From an uncultured Elusimicrobia bacterium (lineage in GTDB: Bacteria > Elusimicrobiota > Elusimicrobia > UBA1565 > UBA9628): a stretch of DNA of 64,000 bases. This document shows, in pieces, positions 20,211-30,317 of this stretch. Position numbers and translations under genes: made by a program. Where the stretch lies: contig CBDIQC010000001.1 in the NCBI GenBank assembly GCA_965283875.1, forward strand, positions 106,085 through 170,084, read 5' to 3'. The notes beneath the pieces were generated by a model, which did not search any database, was not told where the DNA came from, and worked only from the letters and a program-made list of their open reading frames with translations. Position 1 is the first letter of the stretch. Each line of letters starts with the position of its first letter.

Positions 20211-20391
20211 CTCCTCATGGTATCAGCCGGTCGCGCGCCGACGGATAGTCGAGGGTTCTCGGGCGCGTAACGCCCGTATGACGCCGTGTTGACCGAAAGG
20301 CCTACGGACGTTCCAGACCGAAGACCCAGACCCCGTCGGGGGGACGCGGACGGCGAGCCTTGCGGCGCGGAATGTCGTGCAACTGGTTCTG

Positions 20392-21910
20392 ATGACGCCG
20401 GAACAGGTGCTCAAAGATCGTCTTCGGCTACCCGTCCTTCCGTCCGGGGCAACGGGAGGCCATCGACGCCGTGCTCGCCGGGCGCGACTGCATCGCCGTC
20501 ATGCCCACGGGCGCGGGCAAGTCCTTGACCTACCAGATCCCGGCGCGCGCCCTCGGCGGCACGGTGCTCGTGGTCAGCCCGCTCATCTCGTTGATGAAGG
20601 ACCAGGTGGACGCCGCGGTCTCGGTCGGCCTGCGCGCCACCTTCCTGAACTCCACGCTGACCTCCGACGAGCGCCGCGAACGCCTCGAAGGGCTCAAACG
20701 CGGGGACTGGGAGCTCGTGTACGCCGCGCCCGAAGGCCTCGAAGCCTACGCGGGTTACGCGCTCCAGGACACCAAGCTCGCGCTGATCGCCGTGGACGAG
20801 GCGCATTGCATCTCGCAATGGGGCCACGACTTCCGGCCGGCCTACCGCAACCTCAAAGGCCTCAAGGCGCGTTACGGCGTGCCGGTGCTCGCGCTCACCG
20901 CGACGGCCACGCCCCAGGTGACCAACGACATCGTCGATCAGCTCGCCATGGAGGCGCCGCTGCGCGTGCGCGGGTCGGTGTTCCGCCCCAACCTCCACAT
21001 CAGCGCTTATCTCAAGGCGGGGGAGAAGGCCTCGCCGCGCCCGGGCGCGGTCACCGACACCAAGGGGTCCATCCTGCGCCTCGTGCGCGCCCGCGCGGGC
21101 GAGTCCGGCATCGTGTACTGCCTCTCGCGCCGCTCGGTCGAATCCATGGCCGAGTTCCTCTCCGGCCGCGGCGTCAAAGCGCTGGCCTACCACGCGGGCA
21201 TGACGCCCGAGCAGCGCGAGCACGTCCAGAACTCCTTCAAACGCGACGACGCCGACGTCATCGTGGCCACCGTCGCCTTCGGCATGGGCATCGACAAACC
21301 CGACGTGCGCTTCGTCATCCACCGCGACATGCCGCGCTCGGTGGAGTCCTGGGTGCAGGAGGTCGGCCGCGCGGGGCGCGACGGAGCGCCGGCGGACTGC
21401 GTGTTGTTCTACTCCTGGGCCGACGTGATGGGCTACGAGCGCCTGGTCTCCGACCTCGAGCCCTCGCTCGCCGACTGGCACAAGGGCCGCGTGCGAGAGA
21501 TGTTCCGCTCCGCCGAGCGCCGCGCCTGCCGCCATCAGGCGCTCGCCCACCACCTCGGCGAGGCCCTGCCGCCGTGCGGCACGTCCTGCGACGCCTGCGC
21601 CGGCCTCGACCCCGTCGGCGCCGCGCCCGAGGTGCCGATGAAGCGCGCGTCCTTCGGCGCGCGCGCGGCCAGCGCGGAGGGCCCCTCCTCGGCGGGCTCG
21701 CCCGTGTTCACCAAGCTCCGGGCGCTGCGCAAGAAGCTCGCCGACACCCGCGGCGTGCCGGCCTATATGGTGTTCAACGACGCCACCCTCCAGGAGATGG
21801 CCGCCCGGCGGCCGTCCAACGAGGAGCAGATGCGCGCGGTGTCGGGCGTCGGCCCCAAGAAGTGGGTCGAATACGGCGAGATCTTCCTCGCCGCCCTGCG
21901 CGACGGCTAG
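20392..21910 (+). CDS. recQ: ATP-dependent DNA helicase RecQ, frame break at ~20419
   Basis: MTPEQVLKD, then a 1-nt shift, then [52 protein letters not shown] and a C-terminal HRDC domain. The uninterrupted ORF runs from GTG 20471. Confidence 0.9.
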
Positions 21911-22678
21911 ACGAACTTCGGCAGGCGCTTCTCGCGGACGGCGGCGACGCCTTCAACCAGGTCGGCGCCTTTGAAGGTCACGGCCTGGCCCTTGGCCTCG
22001 TGCGCGAGATACGGGTCGAGCTTCTCGCCGATACGGGTCTCGGCCTTCAAGATGCGCAAAGACGGGCCTGAGGCCGCGGCCAAGGACTTGGCCAGCTCGC
22101 CGGTCATCAACGTCAGCTCCTCGGCCGTTTCCGCGCCGGCGATGGCCGCGCCCCATTCCACCAGCTCGCGGCCCGTGAAGCCGCGGCCGGTGAAGAGCAG
22201 CTCGCGCGCGCGTCGCGTCGCCGAAGGCCATCCGCGCCAACGGCCAGGCGGCCATGCCCGGGTTGAGGCCCAGGCGCACGAAGTTGAGCGAGAACTTGGC
22301 CTCGAGCAAGGTCACGCGCACGTCGCAGGCCAGCGCGAGGCACAGGCCCGCGCCCACGGCGGTGCCGTGAAGGGACGCGACGGTCACCTGGGGCACGTCG
22401 CGGATGGACAGGAAGGAGCCGTAGAACTTGCGCATCAGCGGCGCGAGTTTGGCCTGGGGCCGCGCCATGTTGGTCTCGATGAAGCCCAGGTCGCCGCCCG
22501 CGGAGAACGCCGGGCCGGCGCCGCGCACCACGAGCACCTTGCTGGGCTCCTTGGCGGCGCGTTTGACCGCCGCGAGGAAGTCCGCGGCCATGGCCTCGGA
22601 CATCGCGTTGTAGGCGTCGGGCCGCTCCAAGGTGAGCGTCGAGACGTGACCTTCCGTGCGCAGGGAGACCGTGGACAT
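21907..22678 (-). CDS. enoyl-CoA hydratase/isomerase (crotonase) family, one frame break
   Basis: [15 protein letters not shown] and [16 protein letters not shown]. The break is in a CG repeat at ~22205 (..[23 protein letters not shown]..). Confidence 0.8.
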
Positions 22679-22685
22679 GGCTCTG

Positions 22686-22705
22686 ATTATACAAAGTGAT
22701 AGAAT
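22686..22705. promoter_or_regulatory. back-to-back extended -10 boxes for the divergent crotonase and GT9 genes
   Basis: Minus: TGTATAAT (22693-22686), then 7 nt, then ATG 22678. Plus: TGATAGAAT (22697-22705), then 7 nt, then GTG 22713. Confidence 0.5.
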
Positions 22706-22712
22706 CGTCCTC

Positions 22713-23760
22713 GTGAGGCTCAAGGACGTCGAGACCGGCGGCAAGGCGCTCCTGCGCGCCACCGTGCTCAAGCTCCTGCCCGCGCCGCGCCGCCACGACG
22801 CGCCCGTGGACCCGGGGTCCGTGCGCCGCGTGCTCGCCGTGCGCCACGACGCGCGGCTGGGCAACCTGCTCCTGCTCACGCCCGCCTTGAAGCTGCTCAA
22901 GCTCGCCTTCCCGAAGGCCGCGGTGGACGTGCTCATCGCCGACGATTACGGCACGGCCCTGGCGCGCAACCCGAACGTGGACGGCCTGCTCACGGCGTCG
23001 AGCCTGCCGGCCCTGCGCTTCAAAGGCTACGACCTCGCCATCGACTTCTCGCCGCAGCACGCGTTCTCGCTGTCGAGCGCGGTGTGGACCGCGCTATCGG
23101 GCGCGCCGCGCCGCGTCGGCTTCGAGCGCGGCGACGCCGGCCGGTTCCTGGGCGACCTGTGCCCGTCCCGGCCGCGCGCGCCCATGAGACCGCCAACCTC
23201 GCCGCCCTCGTGCGCGCCGCCGCGCCGGGCGCGGCCCTGCCGCCCGACGCCGAGCTGCGCACCGAATGGTTTTTCGCCCCGGGCGAAGTGGAAGAGGGGG
23301 AGAGGACCTGGGAGTCGTGGGGCCTCGACGCGCAGTCGGTCGCCTTGTTCCTCGGCGCGCGCGCCGAGAAAGGCTGGACCCGGCCTGGTTCCTGGAGCTG
23401 GCGGCGCGCGTCGCCGCCGCGGGACGCAAGGCCGTGCTCGTCGGCGGCCCCGCCGAGCGCCGCCTCATGGAAGGCTTGAGCCTGCCCGGCGGCGCCAGCC
23501 TCGCGCCGGCGCTGCCCCTGCGCCGCTTCGCCGCGGCCATCGCGGCCGCGCGCGCCGTGGTCTCGGCCGACACCGGGCCCATGCACCTGGCCGTCGCGGT
23601 GCGCACGCCCACCCTCCAGCTGTTCTCCCACACCGAGCCGTGGCGCTTCGGCTACGCGCACCTGCCCGAGCACGCCTTGCTCGAGACCCCGGGGCGGCAC
23701 GCGAGCGTGGACGAGGCCTGGAACGCGTTGTCGGGCTTGCTGGCTAAAAAGCCGGCCTGA
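22713..23760 (+). pseudogene. glycosyltransferase family 9 (heptosyltransferase-like), two frame breaks as assembled
   Basis: RRVLAVRHDARLGNLLLLTPAL.., HETANLAAL.. and ..VVSADTGPMHLAVAVRTP lie in three frames (breaks at ~23155 and ~23370). The start is uncertain (22677, 22713 or 22806). Confidence 0.65.
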
Positions 23761-24724
23761 GCCGCGCGATGTGGGCCGTCAGGGCCGCGTACGCCTCATC
23801 GACCGTGGTCTCCCGGCAGGACTCCCACTCGGGGCACACCGTGCCGCCGTGGCGCGCGCCGCGCGGTCGCCACACCGCCTGGGTGTAGCCCGCGTAGAAG
23901 CCGAAGGTCGGCACGTCGAGCGCGGCCGCCAGGTGCGTGGTGCCCGTGATGTTGCAGACGAACAGGTCCATGCGTTTGAGCATCGCCCCGGTCACGCCCA
24001 GGCGCGCCGGCGGCAGGATGGGCACGGAGACCTTCAGGCGCGAGGACGATGTCGGCCACCTTGCCGTGTTCGCCGGGCCCGCCCATGAAGTAGAGATGCA
24101 ACGTCCGGTCCTCGAACAGGCGGTCGGCCAGCTCGACGAACTTCTCCTCGGGCCAGCGGAAGGAGAAGCGGTCGAAGTTGCCGGGATGGATGAGCACCTT
24201 GAAGCCCGTCTCGGTGGCGCGCGAGCCCAGCAGGCGGTCGGCCTCCTCGACGTCGGCGTCGGGCAGGCGCAGCTCGGGGTGCGGGTCGTAGGGCGCGGCG
24301 AGCGCTTCGGCCAGGCGCGCGCTAGCGGTCGCACGATGTGCTCCTTCTCCGCGGGCGCGGCGACCAGCTGGGTGAACGGGTTGGGGCCGCGCGGCTTGGC
24401 GAAGGCGAGCTTGACCGGCGCGCGCACGGCCTGCGCGAGCATGGTCGAGGTCTTGGAGAAGGAGGAGTTGAGGTCCACGAGCAGGTCCTCCTTGCCGGAC
24501 AAGGAGCGCGCGAGCTTGAGATGGGCGAGCAGGTCCAGCGGCTTGGAGAGCACGACCGTGTCGTCGATGAACGGGATGAGCGGCGGCACCTGCACGCCGC
24601 GCCAGCCGATGATCAGGCGGATGCGCGCCTTCGGGTAGCGCCGGCGCAGCGCGCGCAGGAAGGGGGTGGCGACGATGAGGTCGCCGACGCGCCCGATGTA
24701 GAGACAGGAGATGCGTTCCGCCAC
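23744..24724 (-). pseudogene. glycosyltransferase family 9-like, at least 2 frame breaks as assembled
   Basis: YIGRVGDLIVATPFLRALRRRYP.., ..IHPGNFDRFSFRWPEEKFVELA.. and ..FVCNITGTTHLAAALDVP lie in different frames. TATAAT lies 7 nt before GTG 24722-24724. Confidence 0.65.
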
Positions 24725-24741
24725 GAAGGAGATTATACCTC

Positions 24742-26738
24742 CTACTCGTAGCGAAGGGCTTCGATGGGGGACAGCAGCGACGCCTTGCGCGCGGGCCAGA
24801 AGCCGAAGATGACGCCCGTGCCCGCCGAGAAGAAGAAGGCCAGCAGCACGGACTGCGCCGTCACGACCGCGGCCCAGCCGGCGAAGGTGGCCATCACGAA
24901 GGCGATGGTCATGCCCAGCGCGATGCCGATGAGCCCGCCGCACGTGGACAACGCCGCGGCCTCGACGAGGAACTGGATGAGCACGGCGCGCCGCGTCGCG
25001 CCGATGGCCTTGCGCAGGCCGATCTCGCGCGTGCGCTCGGAAACGGAGACGAGCATGATGTTCATGATGCCGATGCCGCCGACCACCAGCGAGATGGCGG
25101 CCACGATGCCGAGGAGCAGGCTGAAGATCTTGGAGGTGCCGGTCAGCGCGCTCTGGATCTCCGCCATGTTGCGCAGCGTGAAGTCGTCGTCCTTGTAGTC
25201 GGGCAGGCGGTGGCGCTTGCGCATGAGCGCGCGCACCGCCGCCATGACGGCGTCGGTCTGGTCGGCGGCGGTCGCCTCGATGGACACGGTGCTGAGGAAC
25301 TGCCGGCCCAGCAGGCGCTTCATCGCGGTCTTCTGCGGCACGATGATGCGGTCGTCCTGGTCCTGGAACCCGCCGGAGCCCTTGCGGGGCAGCACGCCGA
25401 TGACGCGGAACTTCTTGCCGTCGAGGTTGACCGTGCGGCCCACGGGGTCCTCGACGCCGAAGAGGTTGGTGACGACGGTCTGGCCCAGCAGGGCGACGCG
25501 GGCCATGGCCTCGTTCTCTGCGGCGGTGAAGAAGCGGCCGTAGTAGGGCGCGGAGTTGCGCATCTCGGCGTACACGGGCTCGGCGCCGATGACGCTGGTG
25601 TTCACGTTTTTATCGCGATAAACGGCCTGCACGTTGCCGCTGACCTCGCCGGCGGCGCGCAGGACGCCCGGGTGCACGGCTTTGATGGCGGACACGTCGT
25701 CGAGCGCGAGGCGCGAGAAGGTGCCGGAGCCGCCGCGCGCGCCGCCGCCGCCGCCGCGCGGCGCCTGGGGCATGAGCATGATCAGGTTCGAGCCCAGGCT
25801 CGAGAGCTGGGTCTCCACCGACTTCTGCGCGCCGCGCCCGATGGCGAGCATCGCGATGACGGCCGTGACGCCGATGAGGATGCCGAGCATGGACAAGGCG
25901 CTGCGCAGCTTGTTGGCCCGGATGGCGCCCAGCGCGGAGCGGGCGTGCTCGAGCAGCTCCTCGGCGGTGAGCTCGCGCACGCGCGGCAGCTCGGTGAGCG
26001 TCGCCGCCGCGCGCTCGCGCACCGCGGCCCCGCCGCCGCCCCCGGCCCCGCCCTTGGGCTCGCCGTTGCGCTCGTCGGCGACGATGCGGCCGTCCTTGAT
26101 GCGGATGATGCGTTTGGCGTAGGCCGCGATGTCGGGCTCGTGGGTGACCATGATGACGGTGATGCCCGAGCGGTTCATGGCGGTGAGGCGGCCCAGGATC
26201 TCCTCGGCCTGATCGGAGGCCAGGTTGCCCGTGGGCTCGTCGGCGAAGATGATGCGGGGACGGTTGACCAGCGCGCGCGCGATGGCCACGCGCTGCTGCT
26301 GGCCGCCGGAGAGCTGGTTGGGGGCGTGGTCGAGCCGGTCGCCCAGGCCCACCTCGCGCAAGACCTCCTCGGCGCGCGCGTCGCGCCCGGGCTCGCCGGT
26401 GTAGAGCATCGGCAGCGCCACGTTGTCCTGGGCGCTCGTGCGCGCCAGGAGGTTGAACATCTGGAAGATGAAGCCGATGGTGCGCGAGCGCAGCGCGGCG
26501 CCTTCGTCGTCGCTCAGGCGCGAGACGTCCAGGCCCATCAGCTTGTACGTCCCCGACGTCGGGCGGTCGAGCAGGCCGAGAATCTGGGTGAGCGTGGATT
26601 TGCCCGAGCCCGAGGGCCCATCACCGCGACGAAGTCGCCCTCCTCGATGACCAGGTCGATGCCCTTGAGCACCTGGAGCGTGCCGCCGCCCACCTCGTAG
26701 CTGCGGGTGACGCCGGACAGCTCGATGAGCGCGCTCAT
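24742..26738 (-). CDS. macB: MacB-type ABC transporter (fused ATPase + FtsX permease), frame break in Walker A
   Basis: [20 protein letters not shown], then a break at ~26615. Restoring one C gives [24 protein letters not shown], and the C-terminal FtsX-type 4-TM domain ends [11 protein letters not shown]. Confidence 0.9.
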
Positions 26739-26746
26739 GGGCGGCT

Positions 26747-27787
26747 CTAGGGGGTCCGCGCCGCCGGCGTGGACGCCGCGGCCGCGCCGGTGCGGCGCTG
26801 GCGGGGCGCGGAGCCGTCGGAGCGGCCCATGTTGCGGCCGCCGGGCACGGCCGACAACGGGCTCGACGCCGGCGCCGTCTGCGGCACGTAGCGCCCGCTC
26901 GCGATGACGACGGTGTCGCCGGCGTTGAGGCCTTCGACGATCTCCACCTTCTCGTCGGCCTCGATGCCGGTTTTGACCTCGCGCTCCACGGGTTTGCCGC
27001 CTTCCTCGGCGGCCGGCAGATAGACGACGCGTTTGCCGTCCTTGCCGTCGCGCACCGCGTTGGCGGGCAGCACGAGCGCGTCGGCCTTGCTGCGGATGAC
27101 GAAGCTGACGTTGGCCGTCATCTGCGAGCGGAAAAACGCGGGGACCGCGACCGGACGCACCTTCACGCCGTAGGTGATGACGTTGGAGACGTTTTTGCCC
27201 TCGTAGAGCATGTCGATGACCGTGCCGTCCACGGGCTGGTCGGGGTAGGAGTCGAGGCGGATGCGCGCCTTCTGGCCCACCTTCACCTTGCCGATGTCGG
27301 CCTCATCGACCTGCGCGTTGACGATGAGGGTGTCGGCCACGGCGAACAAGGTGGTGCCCGTGCCCACGGCCTCGCCCACGACCACGTTGCGCAAGATGAC
27401 CTCGCCGGGAAGCGACGCGACCACGGGCGTGGGTTTGTAGGCGTCCTGCCACCTCTTGAACTCCTCGGGCCCCTGCGCGCGGGCGGCGTCGAGGATGGCG
27501 GCGCGGTCGGTGGAGCTGAGCCACGCCACGATCTGTCCGGCCTTCACCCGGTCGCCCTCGTCCACGAGCAAGGTCTCCACGCGGCCCGCGACGGGCGGCT
27601 TGATCTCGACGCGGTTGTTGGGCGAGACCGAGCCCGTGGCATCGACGGTCTCCTCCAAGGTCTCGAGCTGCGCCACGACGGGGCGGCTGCGTTCGCCGCG
27701 GGCGGCGCGTTTGCTCTTGTTCCTATAGAGGGTGTAGGCCCCGCCGGCGACGGCGAGCACGACGACGGCGACGATGGCGCGCTTCAT
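26747..27787 (-). CDS. macA: periplasmic adaptor (HlyD/MacA family)
   Basis: 346 aa with an N-terminal TM, a lipoyl/barrel-sandwich pattern (VKAGQIVAWL.., ..LVLPANAV..) and a Pro/Ala-rich tail. Confidence 0.85.
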   Translation of the reverse strand: MKRAIVAVVVLAVAGGAYTLYRNKSKRAARGERSRPVVAQLETLEETVDATGSVSPNNRVEIKPPVAGRVETLLVDEGDRVKAGQIVAWLSSTDRAAILDAARAQGPEEFKRWQDAYKPTPVVASLPGEVILRNVVVGEAVGTGTTLFAVADTLIVNAQVDEADIGKVKVGQKARIRLDSYPDQPVDGTVIDMLYEGKNVSNVITYGVKVRPVAVPAFFRSQMTANVSFVIRSKADALVLPANAVRDGKDGKRVVYLPAAEEGGKPVEREVKTGIEADEKVEIVEGLNAGDTVVIASGRYVPQTAPASSPLSAVPGGRNMGRSDGSAPRQRRTGAAAASTPAARTP

Positions 27788-27788
27788 C

Positions 27789-29033
27789 TCATTCTCCCAA
27801 TGCCCGGCCCAAGGCCCGGTCCCACGCCGTCTCGGCGTCCATCGCCGTGCGGCGGGCCGACACCGCCTGCCGCTCGGCGGAGACGCGGTCCGACACGATG
27901 AGCTCCCAGTTGTCGAAGCTGAGCAGGCCCGAGGCGTAACGCACGTCGGCCTGCCCTGGTGCGCTGGCGCGCGGCGGCGAGCAGCGTCCTAGGTACTGCC
28001 GACCTGCGCGTCGGCGTCCGCCAAGGACGCCAGGCGTCTCCGAGCTCGCTGAGAGGCCGGACTGGCGCGCGGCGGACAGGTCCTGCGCGGGCGGCCTCGC
28101 GGCCGCGTTTGGCCGACAGGCTGGCGAGCATGGTCTGCGCCGGCCCGCCGCCGAACAGCGGCAGGCTCAGGCTCGCGCCCGCCGACCAGCCGTATCGCGA
28201 GGAGGGGAACTCCGTGCCACCGGTGCGCGTGCGGGAGTAGTTCGCGCTGAGGTTGGGGAAGTAGTCCGCGCGGGCCGAGGCCAGCGCCGCCTCCGAGGAG
28301 CGCAGCGACGCCTCGGCCGAAGCGATCTCGGGGCGCAGCGGCAGCAGCGCGCCGAAGTCGTCGGGGCGCGCGGGCGGCGGGGCGGCGGTGAAGGTGCCGG
28401 TGGCGACGTACGCCTCGAAGCCCTCGCGGCCGAGCTGGCGGCCGAGCTCGCGCTGCGAGGTGCGCAGCTCGCGTCCGGCCGTGGCCAAGGCGACCTCGGC
28501 CTGCAGGAGCTGGGCCTTGGCGCGCAGCATGTTGCCCTTGGATTCGCGGCCCGACTCGTAACGCAGGTTGACCAGCTCCGCGTTGTTGCGCCGCAGCGTC
28601 AGCACCCGGCGCGCCACCTCCAGGCCGGACTGGGCGAGCAGGAGGGCCGAGAAGGAGCGGCGCAGCGAGGAGCGCAGGTCCGCCGAGGCGCGGCGCAGGG
28701 ACGCCTCGGAGGAGGCCAGCGACGCCGACGCCGAGCGGATGGAGGCGTAGTCGCCGAGGTCGAAGAGGGTCAAGGACGCGGACGCCGACGCGCTCCAGGC
28801 GTTGTCGCGCGCGACGTTGGTCTGCGAGACGGAGTTCGTCAGCGAAGGGAGGGGAGCAGGCGGTTATAGGACGAATAATAGGAAAGGCGGCGCGCGTCTC
28901 GCGTCAGGCGAGACGAGGACAGGCCCGGGTTGCCGTCGGCGGCCTGGCGCGCGACGTCCTCCCACGACACGACCAGCGCCCGGGCCGGGACGGCGGCGGC
29001 CAACAAAGCCGCCGCCAAGGCCCTAACGCGCAT
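27789..29033 (-). pseudogene. TolC-family outer membrane factor, several frame breaks as assembled
   Basis: Signal MRVRALAAALLAAAVPARA. OEP repeats (..NAELVNLRYESGRESKGNMLRAKAQLLQAE..). The true C-terminus ..YASGLLSFDNWELIVSD..ALGE stops at 27789-27791, 1 nt before the macA ATG. Confidence 0.7.
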
Positions 29034-29382
29034 GCCGCTTCTCCCACTTCGCGCGCAGCGCCGCGAAGCGGGGCTTCTGGACGTCGGTCAGCACTGCCTC
29101 GATGTCGCGGTCCACCTCGGCGCGCAGCGCCATGAAGGAGTCGTGCGAGGACTTGCGCAGCGCCTCATGGCGGCCTCGGCGCGACTCCAGCGCCGCGCGC
29201 ACCTTCACGACCTGGGCGGCGTCGAGCTCCAGGGCGCGTTCGAGCTTCTTGACCATGCGCTCGATGTCCGGGCCCTGACGGCGGGCCTTGCGGCTGGAGG
29301 AGCGCTCCAGGGCCGAGCCGATCCAGACGCCGGCGAGCAGGCCGGCCAGCAACGCGGCGGCGACGGCGGATGTCTTGTTCAC
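29023..29382 (-). CDS. Spy/CpxP/ZraP-like periplasmic protein
   Basis: 119 aa with a GTG start (GGAGG 4 nt upstream) and a TM/signal segment. Two LTxxQ-type motifs (LELDAAQ, LTDVQ). GTGA overlap with the anti-sigma stop. Confidence 0.6.
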   Translation of the reverse strand: MNKTSAVAAALLAGLLAGVWIGSALERSSSRKARRQGPDIERMVKKLERALELDAAQVVKVRAALESRRGRHEALRKSSHDSFMALRAEVDRDIEAVLTDVQKPRFAALRAKWEKRHAR

Positions 29383-29777
29383 GGTACCTCCGCGAGAGCG
29401 CTGTAGGAAGGCTCGGGCTCGTCCCAGCCGTCGAACGGCTCGCTGTAGCCCAGGCCCGGCGCGACGATGCTGAGGAGGAGGGCGGCCAGGCCCAGTCCCA
29501 GGGCCGGGGTCAAGGCGCGGCCGAACAGGCGCTGCCACACCGGGACCGCGTCCTCCTCGACGCGGGCCATGACGCGGCGCGTGAAGGCCTCGGTCGCGCG
29601 GGGGTCCTCGGCGGGAAGCGGGGCGAACAGAGCCTCGCCCAGGCGGCGGCGCAACGCGGCTTCGCGTTGGCAGGCGGGGCAGGCGTCGAGATGGCGCGAC
29701 AGCTCGGCGGCGAGGTCGGCCGCCAGCTCGCCGTCGAGCCACTCATCCAGCTTCGTTTCGGCTTCGCGGTGTTCCAT
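29379..29777 (-). CDS. anti-sigma factor (zf-HC2 type)
   Basis: 132 aa with the HLDACPAC motif, one TM (LTPALGLGLAALLLSIVAPGL) and an AGGAG SD. Confidence 0.75.
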   Translation of the reverse strand: MEHREAETKLDEWLDGELAADLAAELSRHLDACPACQREAALRRRLGEALFAPLPAEDPRATEAFTRRVMARVEEDAVPVWQRLFGRALTPALGLGLAALLLSIVAPGLGYSEPFDGWDEPEPSYSALAEVP

Positions 29778-29792
29778 GGCGTTCTCCTGAGT

Positions 29793-30317
29793 TTAGACGT
29801 CCCCGGACCCGGAAAAGTGTCGCGACGCTTCGAGCAGCTCGGCCCGGGCGCGTTTGATGCGGGCCTTCACCGAATCGACCGAGCAGGACATGGCCTGCGC
29901 GATCTCGGCGTAGCTGAGGCCGTCGCGCTCGCAGAGCGTGAAGGCCAGCCGGCCCTCCGGGGTCAGGCGCGAGAGCAGGCGTTCGGCCAGGTCGCGGTCC
30001 TCGAGCGCGCCCGCGGCCGAGGGCTCGGTCAAGACGCGCAAGGAGGCGGCGTCGCGCTCGCTGAGGGCCTCGAGCGAATCGGCGCGCCGCCGCGCGGCCG
30101 CGCGCAGGCGGTCCAGGCACACGTTGACCGCGATGCGATGGACCCAGGTCGCGAAGGTCGAGCCGCCCGTGAAGCCGGACAACGAGCGGTGCGCCTTGAG
30201 GAACGCGTCCTGGGCCGCGTCGTCGGCTTCCGTGGCGTCCTGGAGCACGGACGCGCACAACGCGCGCACCCGCGGCGCGTGCGCGCGGACCAGCCCTTCG
30301 AACTCAGCGTCGTCCAC
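29793..30317 (-). CDS. ECF (sigma-70 family) RNA polymerase sigma factor
   Basis: 174 aa from GTG 30315-30317. Region 2 DAAQDAFLKAHRSL and region 4 LSYAEIAQAMSCSVDSVKARIKRAR. Confidence 0.88.
   Translation of the reverse strand: MDDAEFEGLVRAHAPRVRALCASVLQDATEADDAAQDAFLKAHRSLSGFTGGSTFATWVHRIAVNVCLDRLRAAARRRADSLEALSERDAASLRVLTEPSAAGALEDRDLAERLLSRLTPEGRLAFTLCERDGLSYAEIAQAMSCSVDSVKARIKRARAELLEASRHFSGSGDV

Noticed and set aside
20267-20295. 11-bp-periodic CGGTCAA / GCGTCAT / GCGTTAC repeats upstream of the MFS-2/ppk1 operon, considered as a Pho box.
   Set aside because: The half-sites are degenerate and lie about 41 nt upstream of the putative -10, not at the -35 position. This is too weak to annotate as a feature, so I keep it only as a hint.
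22656-22712. N-terminal extension of the GT9 ORF ([19 protein letters not shown]).
   Set aside because: Its ATG (22677) would overlap the divergent crotonase ATG (22676-22678) by 2 nt, leaving no promoter space. Two back-to-back extended -10 boxes fit starts at 22678 (-) and 22713 (+).
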